Source of the DNA: Clostridia bacterium
GTDB lineage: Bacteria; Bacillota; Clostridia; Christensenellales; DTU072
Length of the DNA: 64,000 nucleotides
Direction: 5' to 3'
Assembly: GCA_016297005.1 (NCBI GenBank)
Contig: JAEDHK010000007.1
Location: 27,465-91,464 of the forward strand
Position numbers and translations under genes: made by a program. The number at the start of each line of letters is the position of its first letter. The first letter of the stretch is position 1. Shown here in pieces: positions 50,801 through 56,742 of the stretch. The notes under the pieces were generated by a model, which saw nothing but the letters and a program-made list of their open reading frames with translations, searched no databases and was not told the origin of the DNA.

Positions 50801-51474
50801 ACGGTAAAGGTAACCGGGTTGGCCGTCCACGTACCGTCGTACTTCGATTCTACCGTCGCGCCTTTCGCAAGATACCTGGCCTGAATGGAGCGAAAAGCGT
50901 TTTCGTTGCCGTCGTTCACGTTGACGGTAATATACCAATAGATGGGAGAAAACTCCGTACCGTTTTCCCATGCGTAATACTCTTTTTCTCTGACGAAAGT
51001 ATCTCCGGAGGCCACTTGATAAACGTGACGGAAGTAGTAATAATCTCTGCTGATACCGCCATCCGAAGTGTCGACGGTATAAGAACACTTAATATAATCG
51101 ACGCCGTTGATCGTCTCCACGGAAGTGCTGCCGGACGCGTTAATAAGAGTCCAATCGCAAGCGTCCAGATCTTCTTTGGTTGTTTTCGGCGACTTAGTAA
51201 CACAGTATTCGTACGAGTCGTTAAGAGAATAACCGGACACGAAAAACCAAAGTTCTCTTTGTTTACAAACGCCTACCTGCGTGATATCGGAATAGACGGC
51301 GCCGTCTCTGTACTTAACGAAGACTTCCCAACCGAGGTCTCCCGCGGCAAGAGCGGCGTCTTCATGCGGAGCCGCCGTATAGACGGCAACGCAAAAAAAC
51401 AGCGTCAATACGACCGCCGCAAGCAGCAAACGAGTAATTTTTTTCATGCCAAAAAACAAACCCGACGATTTCAT
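44869..51474 (-). CDS. Giant (~2200 aa) secreted, C-terminally membrane-anchored surface protein with multiple Ig-like modules
   Basis: Signal-like N-terminus MKSSGLFFGMKKITRLLLAAVVL. At least 7 D-x-x-x-P-x-[IF] module boundaries. Helical stalk, a C-terminal TM helix and a basic tail. I chose the start at the promoter-adjacent ATG 51474. Confidence 0.75.
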   Translation of the reverse strand: MKSSGLFFGMKKITRLLLAAVVLTLFFCVAVYTAAPHEDAALAAGDLGWEVFVKYRDGAVYSDITQVGVCKQRELWFFVSGYSLNDSYEYCVTKSPKTTKEDLDACDWTLINASGSTSVETINGVDYIKCSYTVDTSDGGISRDYYYFRHVYQVASGDTFVREKEYYAWENGTEFSPIYWYITVNVNDGNENAFRSIQARYLAKGATVESKYDGTWTANPVTFTVTTATMEANATTNEAGERNYVYNESREKISYSENFNGYYEAKYREYRETGLYSDAEAQELAQVAAAKLSNWQFFRNGNNEVSISKSLDSVVIWFRVTDIAGEYPKFSYYGSGPEGLGGEPYFIKIDPATPNFDVSAQTYNVAAELIDYQSASWTSNSVHFRLSDTSRCISSITYQYSANGAGFVEMGGTDLEITVSTNPVLFRAVTEAGKYFEYSFRYVVNIDSVPPQILSEGYTIDPDGENTTDVCDKRLSSTEQAMELNGTVSAVTVYDYANNKVTVKVYNRSAEGKPVFNASGATFYYQEARARDQYTNNWQKMTDFEISGDEKSYNYSLGIGTDISRTQYVKFKIVSGAGLSSGELEICVTVVNSVFTFTLPEENYLIAQYNQDGWIADKATIRAIVSVDSADHPTTQYTFYYWTDELTGEGTTEAKIKSQASSSVGVPSEFYDEKNGEILWIYEFDLVASANAFFNIRAMNAAKKLNADTKTTYDIIRIDVLEPTYTWDAYVYPTTGEISSEDLKNIEKIKEFANDGRMLKIADKDNPDAGWVNGSIYLVLAVDVGVSGINLKDMDFAKDSNGNPMYDTAGNLVWQEVAGVHTVDFHEANTAGSSFGKYYYFFSLNNNDASKAIAVSEYRYRIYTGSGISTDISFSAKFDSTDVIRLKSADINSATGKNSHSWTINAGSGVLSDSAFSVCEDISLTFSSSLDAAGIEDHYRLFYYPFTADMIDMAGAVPTDSELLAFASRIAAEDNLSSIKKYVELTENAINAQIASDSQGTLYFAIYLKSKARNWQNVSNTSGFYVVCVEYDTLNITIQYRLDALSSLEGGETDEDNMAAGIWKRGALEIYVTLPIDDKGNKIKAGDGYTYYYMLISFGTRGEIPDVNTILSTESNWIAASGEYNGLDEYVFTIPFTNRSFYGYIGLSVCNKAKYRSIGFESVKILRVDNTTPDILHIIQGKTADGLIEERIDEATTRKIVSVNTKDEITLNASAIHADLTHSSISYYYMRLPSIPTDVTEKKYSTVSDMTLLDNAGLNVFSLANNFSKENFCTVYLMIFAINGVATHSTGFAGSSKWETGLAGGYTVTLTTIYEFNYDPSELSATTLAPSSGSADYGTNGMYEFLWQEVVGVSMTVKSNKRNNVPDYYRFMFSVDSGNTWYNYMEAGAVAYYSSDEMKEIRFTADSLADYVDANGNHPFENGVMATFSFRAVNKAGSYVDCGNIYVAIDETVPEFEVVMRDHNGLLYIGGNTIDLFSGDENWTNGPVTININITRMPASGVRVYYYLRYLNSNKSIEAPLASSSEGKGKELVSYEQFTTDRLDGFNLNRDAIIVITAVSRSGASNIEPKIVNVRVSVDQQIPVFTMTGKAYEENDEGVASGIERIIASGEWTGMNTVSVSKERSIDNVSPVVYTYTWQDETMNEPESHIWSDTEVSVSRKKTGKLIVTATSANGDPSKGKSYTVEFDINIDTTPPTIEFSGGINVIEGSEQYIDLQVVVHGDNLDIVEYITVKEDSRGFTFDPTGYVLSTSSVDNSIRHEASEPNPDINYRGYVNVYVRDKAGHEVHFEMYVVPFPLTVNTIKLTDEDKTMVDNLEHTLGLAVEAGYMEKSRIEYFENLISRLRDRMETLQTEIDGYRDYLEKLANRSSFELRSDYEEMLRYRTTFQNYEVYGQKWIQTAITGDSTSRYYAYYKNFLNQFDKLFALMEQVEKVEQHVTELPAINMVEAEDYTEILRVYDEYFDLSQDQKSCFTSNLYNKLMDMKEACEVLLLSDKETGVMLDGDFAPGATVAVTDYNVDTDTYKNAQALLMNTVEAGSPRAIVSIHRVSLTGAYAQTVASNIQVQLPIPEEYRSYIYFDVYSLADDGSMRKVDGSIIQPDGKSVRFSTTGLGTFVLCVTADIQEQQVRTDTYGSIFGIPLTATMIKYLLYIGGALFGLIFLVFIIMGIRQRRFMNSYNRAYRNSVYRRQARGIPKGNKIR

Positions 51475-51481
51475 ATATACT

Positions 51482-51510
51482 ATCATACCATACTCGTTTT
51501 TAAAATTCAA
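51482..51510 (-). promoter_or_regulatory. Promoter TTGAAT-17-(TGg)TATGAT, 7 nt from ATG 51474 (leaderless candidate)
   Basis: The minus strand reads TTGAATtttaaaaacgagtatggTATGATagtatatATG. No SD is present. Confidence 0.5.
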
Positions 51511-51594
51511 TGCTTTTTTTATTTTCTTTAAATAATTATAATTATTTTAAAGACTGCAACCGAAAAGAACGAAAAAGTGCCCGCTCACTTCCGA

Positions 51595-51623
51595 TTGACT
51601 CCGCCTTTTTTTCTTGATATAAT
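51595..51623 (+). promoter_or_regulatory. Promoter TTGACT-17-TATAAT for the AP-superfamily gene
   Basis: Read directly. Confidence 0.55.
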
Positions 51624-51663
51624 TGATGTAATACTAAAAAAAATCTGAAAAAGGCGACTTATC

Positions 51664-52779
51664 ATGGCTTTTATTTATCCCGATTACAACGGAAAAAACG
51701 TACTTAACACAGCGGCTTCGCTCGCCTCGTTCCTGGGCTGCCCGAACGGCAATAAGACCATTCCCGAATTAGACGAGGAATTGAAAAAAGGTTATAAACG
51801 GGTTTTTTTCCTTGTCTTCGACGCTTTGGGTAGCTATCCGCTCGCACTCAATACGCCCGCCGACGGGTACTTTCGTTCTCATACAATCAAAACGCTGACC
51901 ACCGTCTTTCCGTCCACGACGGCATGTGCGTCGGCTACGATGATCTCCGGTCTGTATCCGTCCCAACACGGTCGCTTCGGATGGTGCATGAACGTCCCTT
52001 CGCTGGGTGGGCGGGTGGATATCCTTGTCGGCACCCGTTCCGAAAACAGAAATGAAAAAGTGGACCGGACAGCCCTGAAAAAGATCTTTCCGCTACGCGG
52101 GTTTTATTTGAACAACAAGACCGATTATCGAGTTTATTCCATTCTTTCCGCCATTATCGACGACGGTAACGAAAAACGCTTCGTCGAGGAAACGGTCGGC
52201 GGCGTTTTCGATCGCCTGTACGAACTGGCAGAACGCGACGAAAAGCAGTTCGTGTACGTTCATTGTCCGCAACCGGACAGCATCTTTCATCACCGCGGCA
52301 TAGACGCCGAAGTCTCCCGGAAGATGGTGGAAGATATTCAGAACCGCACGAAAAAACTGGTCGAAGATCTGACCGATACGTTAGTGATCGTCACCGCCGA
52401 TCACGGACAAATCAACATAAAAGGTTACGTACCGATGTACGAAGACAAAGAACTGGAATCCATGCTCGACGGGCCTCTGCACGTAGAAGTACGCGCCGTT
52501 TCTCTTCACGTCAAAGAGAGCGAAAAAGGTCGATTCGAGAAATATTTTACAAATAAATACGGAAAACATTTCACGCTGATGAAGACCGAAGATCTGATCG
52601 AAAAAGGAGTTTTTGGCCCGAAAACGGAAAAATTAGACCTACTCGGCAACTATTTTGCCGTCGGGACGGAGACGCACGTGCTCGCGCTTCTGCATCCTTT
52701 GACGTCCGTTTTCGCAGGTCAGCACACATCGATGACGGAAGAAATGGAAGTTCCTTTAATTATACTCAAACAAGAGTAA
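51664..52779 (+). CDS. Alkaline-phosphatase superfamily protein (type I phosphodiesterase/nucleotide pyrophosphatase-like)
   Basis: VFDALGSYP, VFPSTTACASATMISGLYPSQHG, VTADHGQ. Confidence 0.7.
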   Translation: MAFIYPDYNGKNVLNTAASLASFLGCPNGNKTIPELDEELKKGYKRVFFLVFDALGSYPLALNTPADGYFRSHTIKTLTTVFPSTTACASATMISGLYPSQHGRFGWCMNVPSLGGRVDILVGTRSENRNEKVDRTALKKIFPLRGFYLNNKTDYRVYSILSAIIDDGNEKRFVEETVGGVFDRLYELAERDEKQFVYVHCPQPDSIFHHRGIDAEVSRKMVEDIQNRTKKLVEDLTDTLVIVTADHGQINIKGYVPMYEDKELESMLDGPLHVEVRAVSLHVKESEKGRFEKYFTNKYGKHFTLMKTEDLIEKGVFGPKTEKLDLLGNYFAVGTETHVLALLHPLTSVFAGQHTSMTEEMEVPLIILKQE

Positions 52780-52793
52780 TTTATATTTAGTAA

Positions 52794-53720
52794 TCAGGAA
52801 TTTTTCTTTTTCAGCAGATCCTGGAGTTGCGTCAGAATCACAGCCAAAAACATCAATCCGCACCCAAGCCCTTCTCTCCACGTCATGCCTTCGTGCAAGA
52901 TCACGATCCCTCCGAGCAGAGAAAAAACGGACTCCATGCTCATAAGAAGGGACGCAATGGTCGGGTTGGTCCCCTTTTGCCCCACGCTCTGCAACGTGAA
53001 CGCAATACCGCACGAGCCGACGCCGGCATAAACGATCGGTAGCCAGCAGTCCAGGATCGCGGCGACGGAAAAATATTGTCGCTCAAAGATAAGAGCGATG
53101 ATCGCGGAAAACAACCCGAGCGTAGCGAATTGAATGCAACTTAATTTAACGGCGTCCACCAGATTGGCATAATGATCGACCACCAGGATATGCATGGTAA
53201 AACAAAAAGCGCACGCAATCAGGAAAAAGTCGCCGACGCTGACGCTCTCCACTCCTCCCGCAAAGCTGATAAAGTACAGTCCGACCACGGCGATGACCAC
53301 CGATATCCAAACGATCCAATGGCTCTTTTTCTTCAAAAACAGACTGAAAATGGGCACCAGAACGATATAAAGCGTGGTAATAAATCCGGATTTACCTACG
53401 GTAGAATACATAACGCCGAACTGCTGTAAATTGCTGGCGAAAGTCATCACAGTGCCGCAAATAAACCCGCCGAGCCAAAGCGTTCTTTTGCTCTTTTCGG
53501 TAGGGGGCGTCCACGTGCCTTTTTTCTTTTTCACACCGTCCATGATTAAAATGACGGGTATCAGAACAACGGCGCCCAGAACGGCGCGCATGGCGGTAAA
53601 AGTAAACGGTCTGACCAGTTCCGACCCCTTACTTTGAGCGACGAACGCCGTTCCCCATATAAAAGCCGCAATAAGCAGCGCGAAATATCGAAGAAACTTC
53701 GCTTTATCTGTATTTTCCAT
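52794..53720 (-). CDS. DMT superfamily (EamA-type) transporter
   Basis: Ten predicted TM helices in a duplicated EamA pattern. 308 aa. Confidence 0.8.
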   Translation of the reverse strand: MENTDKAKFLRYFALLIAAFIWGTAFVAQSKGSELVRPFTFTAMRAVLGAVVLIPVILIMDGVKKKKGTWTPPTEKSKRTLWLGGFICGTVMTFASNLQQFGVMYSTVGKSGFITTLYIVLVPIFSLFLKKKSHWIVWISVVIAVVGLYFISFAGGVESVSVGDFFLIACAFCFTMHILVVDHYANLVDAVKLSCIQFATLGLFSAIIALIFERQYFSVAAILDCWLPIVYAGVGSCGIAFTLQSVGQKGTNPTIASLLMSMESVFSLLGGIVILHEGMTWREGLGCGLMFLAVILTQLQDLLKKKNS

Positions 53721-53743
53721 ACGATGAAAAAACCCCCGAAAAC

Positions 53744-55246
53744 CTAAATCTTCCTGCGCTCCTTCTCTTCGTGCTCGCCGATCTTTTCCCGATAATAATC
53801 GGCTTCTACCTTGGCGGAACCTGCAATAAGTCGATTTAGTTTATGTTTGTTTCTGTCATGGCTATGGAAGATCAGAAGAGAAATTATTATTAAAAGCAAC
53901 GTCGCGCCGGCAATAATATACCACATGTAGTTATGATATGCGACCACGTAGCCGGACGTTTGCGTCAAAACGAGCGTGAGCCGTTTGTTTTTGTCGTCGT
54001 ACGTATAGGAAGAGATCTTTTCCGTCTTCCCTTCTTCGTTGACGAAGCAGATATTTTTGACCCAGCCGGACAACTCGACGTCTTCCATCACAACGGTATA
54101 CGTTTCCTGATTGGAAGAACCTGTGAATTTCAACTCGTATGTGGCGGAAGGATTCTGCCAGAATTTAAAAGCCGACTTGACGGCCTCCTTGTCGGTTTCG
54201 GTTATAGAAATGGAAGCATCGAACGAAAAAGAACCTTTCGCCTTTCCCGTAAAACCGGATACGGAATCCCCTTCAAGGGTAGAACGGTTTACCTGCACCG
54301 TTCCCGGCACGTATGTAATCTCGTAATTTTTGTCCTCCCTCGGCCCGTCCGGCGTTACCTGATAAAAGCCCGGCTCCCGATGTCCCAGATCGACGCCGTT
54401 CATTGCCGGAGGATACTGCAAGCAATTCACGTCGTCCGTTCCGCAGAAGCCCTCGTACGTAATCTTAACGTCGTAAGAATAACCGGCAAGCACAACGACG
54501 TCGCCCGCCGTAATGGTCAAGGGCGCTTTCTTAATCACGAACGTAACGTCTTCCTTTTCTATCAGATAGTTTTGGTTCGTCGTAAAAACGAAAGCATTAT
54601 AACTGCCTGCATCCGCGGGAGCGCGGTCGTATTCCACCATGCAATTGGCAGGATGACCGGCGACTTCGCCGGTAACGATATAACCGACCTCTTGCGCCTG
54701 AGCGTTATAGACTACTTCGGTCGTCGTGTATTCCACGGTCAGTTTTTTCGGAAGAATGCGAATAACGATATCCTCCGAGCGCCCGTCGAAAGCGATCGGA
54801 TTGCCGGCGCCGTATTTGATGTTGGTAAGTTCAATATGATATACTCCGCTCTGATCGCAGTCGGTCAACGCCAAACGTACGTTCGTCTCCCATACTTTGC
54901 GGTCGTTGAGAGCAGTCGGCGCATTCTCGCCGTCCGAATAATACCATTGATACAAAAGATACACGTCGTCGTACAGGTCGATCGCGTTATCCTCGTCGGC
55001 GTCGTCGAGACGGGCCCTCAGAACGAGCACACTACCATACGTTATTTCGTACGCGCCGTCCTTCGCGGGCGTAAGCACCATAACCTCGCCATCCTCGTCT
55101 ACCGCAACGAGATCGATCACAACGCGATCTACCGCGTGCAGATCCACGTCGGCGGCATAAGCGTAAGACCCGGCTTGCGCGGCAAACGCGGCAAAAAGGA
55201 AAACCGTCAAAAAACAAATAATGTACAATGATCTTTTTTTAATCAT
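53744..55246 (-). CDS. Secreted, C-terminally anchored protein with an MBG-like domain
   Basis: Signal peptide. The segment VVYNAQAQE...AGSYN...NYLIEKEDVTFVIKKAPLTITA...YEGF...NYEITYVPGTVQV looks like an MBG (YGX-type) domain. C-terminal TM helix plus a charged tail. Confidence 0.6.
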   Translation of the reverse strand: MIKKRSLYIICFLTVFLFAAFAAQAGSYAYAADVDLHAVDRVVIDLVAVDEDGEVMVLTPAKDGAYEITYGSVLVLRARLDDADEDNAIDLYDDVYLLYQWYYSDGENAPTALNDRKVWETNVRLALTDCDQSGVYHIELTNIKYGAGNPIAFDGRSEDIVIRILPKKLTVEYTTTEVVYNAQAQEVGYIVTGEVAGHPANCMVEYDRAPADAGSYNAFVFTTNQNYLIEKEDVTFVIKKAPLTITAGDVVVLAGYSYDVKITYEGFCGTDDVNCLQYPPAMNGVDLGHREPGFYQVTPDGPREDKNYEITYVPGTVQVNRSTLEGDSVSGFTGKAKGSFSFDASISITETDKEAVKSAFKFWQNPSATYELKFTGSSNQETYTVVMEDVELSGWVKNICFVNEEGKTEKISSYTYDDKNKRLTLVLTQTSGYVVAYHNYMWYIIAGATLLLIIISLLIFHSHDRNKHKLNRLIAGSAKVEADYYREKIGEHEEKERRKI

Positions 55247-56474
55247 TCTGTTCCTCCGGGTCCTCGTACGGGTCGTCGTTGATGTCCACGACGAATCGGA
55301 ACGTCACAAAATCTTTATCCTTGTAAGAATAACAATCGATATATACGTTCTGCTCGTTCGTCTCCAACGCCCGGTAGCCGATCAACTCTTCGCCGTTATA
55401 CAACGGCTCCAACTTGGGCGACTTGGTACTGACGCCTATGATATCGAACGGAATGGTCGACTCGTATTCTTCAAAAAGGAATTTTTGTCCTACGGACAAA
55501 TAAATCTGAGCCTGACGAGGTTCGGCGGTACATTTCCACCGCCAGATCTCGCTGTTGTTTACCACGGCGACGATAAAAAATTCTTCCAGCATCGCGTCCG
55601 AAGCGATCGTTCCGCGTTGATCAAGCACGATCGGGAAGTCTTCTTGCACACTCTGCAAATAATAAGAGACATACCCCTCCGAGGCGATTTTCGGTTCCAA
55701 TTCTATCGGAGAACCGCAAGAAAAGACAAGCTCTTCATCCACGCGATCGGGAATTTCGGGCAAGTCGGCTCTTGCTTCGGCAAGCGCCTTCTCGTACTCT
55801 TCCGTCTTCGCCTTTTTTTCTTCCTCCGTCGGTACGAGGTACACCGTCAGAACTCCCTTGGTAGAAAAGTCTATCCCGTTCCTTTTGGAAGGAGAACCCA
55901 CCGAGAAAAAGGCGGGCGCCGCGTCTTCCGGAACCTCCCCGACGACAACGTATTCTTCTTCGTCTTTTTCGTCGTTCCACGTGCTTTCCAGCTGCTCGCG
56001 TCCGGAAACGGAGATAGATCCGAGATCGCTTGCGACGTTAGAAAATAACTTATAAACGTCCGACTGCGTAAAAGTGTCGCCCGTCGTCAGATACCAGGCG
56101 GCCGCATACGGATAGACGTTGACGGCGACTTCATACTTCTTAACGCCGAAATCGGCGGTAATGACCGCAATCCCTTCGTCGTGAGCGATCAGAAAACCGT
56201 TTTCTTTGGCCTCGACGACGTAAGGTCGACTGGAAGAATATTTGGGCTTACGACCGGAATCGGACGAAACGACCAGATGGTAAGAAGAGTTAACGTACAT
56301 TTCTATGCTTTTCGGCGTATCCGTCGTGATTTCAATCGGCTTAACCGTATCGAAAACGCCTATAAAATACATCCATACGAAGCTGACGGCGATCAGGACG
56401 GGCACTACTACGAACCAGTACCAAAATCTCCGCATGAACTGCTTAAAAGTTATTTTTTTGCTCTTCTTTTCCAT
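55239..56474 (-). CDS. Hypothetical N-terminally anchored protein with an Ig-like (Big_2-like) module
   Basis: TM helix FWYWFVVVPVLIAVSFVWMYFIGVF, followed by YHLVVSS...GIAVITADFG...VAVNV. 8-nt overlap with the downstream gene. Confidence 0.55.
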   Translation of the reverse strand: MEKKSKKITFKQFMRRFWYWFVVVPVLIAVSFVWMYFIGVFDTVKPIEITTDTPKSIEMYVNSSYHLVVSSDSGRKPKYSSSRPYVVEAKENGFLIAHDEGIAVITADFGVKKYEVAVNVYPYAAAWYLTTGDTFTQSDVYKLFSNVASDLGSISVSGREQLESTWNDEKDEEEYVVVGEVPEDAAPAFFSVGSPSKRNGIDFSTKGVLTVYLVPTEEEKKAKTEEYEKALAEARADLPEIPDRVDEELVFSCGSPIELEPKIASEGYVSYYLQSVQEDFPIVLDQRGTIASDAMLEEFFIVAVVNNSEIWRWKCTAEPRQAQIYLSVGQKFLFEEYESTIPFDIIGVSTKSPKLEPLYNGEELIGYRALETNEQNVYIDCYSYKDKDFVTFRFVVDINDDPYEDPEEQND

Positions 56475-56483
56475 TATAGCAGT

Positions 56484-56513
56484 ACTATAACACAGACGCG
56501 CGCGAATTGTCAA
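56484..56513 (-). promoter_or_regulatory. Promoter TTGACA-18-TATAGT, 9 nt from ATG 56474 (near-leaderless candidate)
   Basis: The minus strand reads TTGACAattcgcgcgcgtctgtgtTATAGTactgctataATG. No SD is present. Confidence 0.45.
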
Positions 56514-56685
56514 GAACAGAGTTTTTTCAGAGCGTGGGTTTATCCCACGCTCAAAACCGGATTTTTCTCTCGTTATCGATTATTTTTTTTTGAATAAAAC
56601 AGAAGAAAACGCTAAAAAAACGAGCATCGAATAATTAGGTTAAAAGAAAAAAATGTTTTAATGGTTTTTTGTCGTTTTTAAAAAA

Positions 56686-56709
56686 ATACGCTCTCCGAAA
56701 AGAGCGTAT
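56686..56709 (-). terminator. ftsH terminator
   Basis: ATACGCTCT-6 nt-AGAGCGTAT, followed by TTTTTTTAAAAA on the minus strand. Confidence 0.7.
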
Positions 56710-56742
56710 TTTAATAGGTATCCGATTTTTTTTAAATATGAA

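Noticed and set aside
48775-51531. 918-aa + strand ORF, and the other 200-510-aa antisense ORFs (e.g. 14035..15159, 29424..30956, 10796..12100, 53933..55231), considered as real overlapping genes.
   Set aside because: All of them are in the codon-aligned antisense frame of well-supported genes. They have no SD or promoter. Their translations are low-complexity R/V/G/I-rich sequences with no recognisable motifs. Depletion of TTA/CTA/TCA codons explains them. The codon phenomenon is reported as a finding, not as genes.
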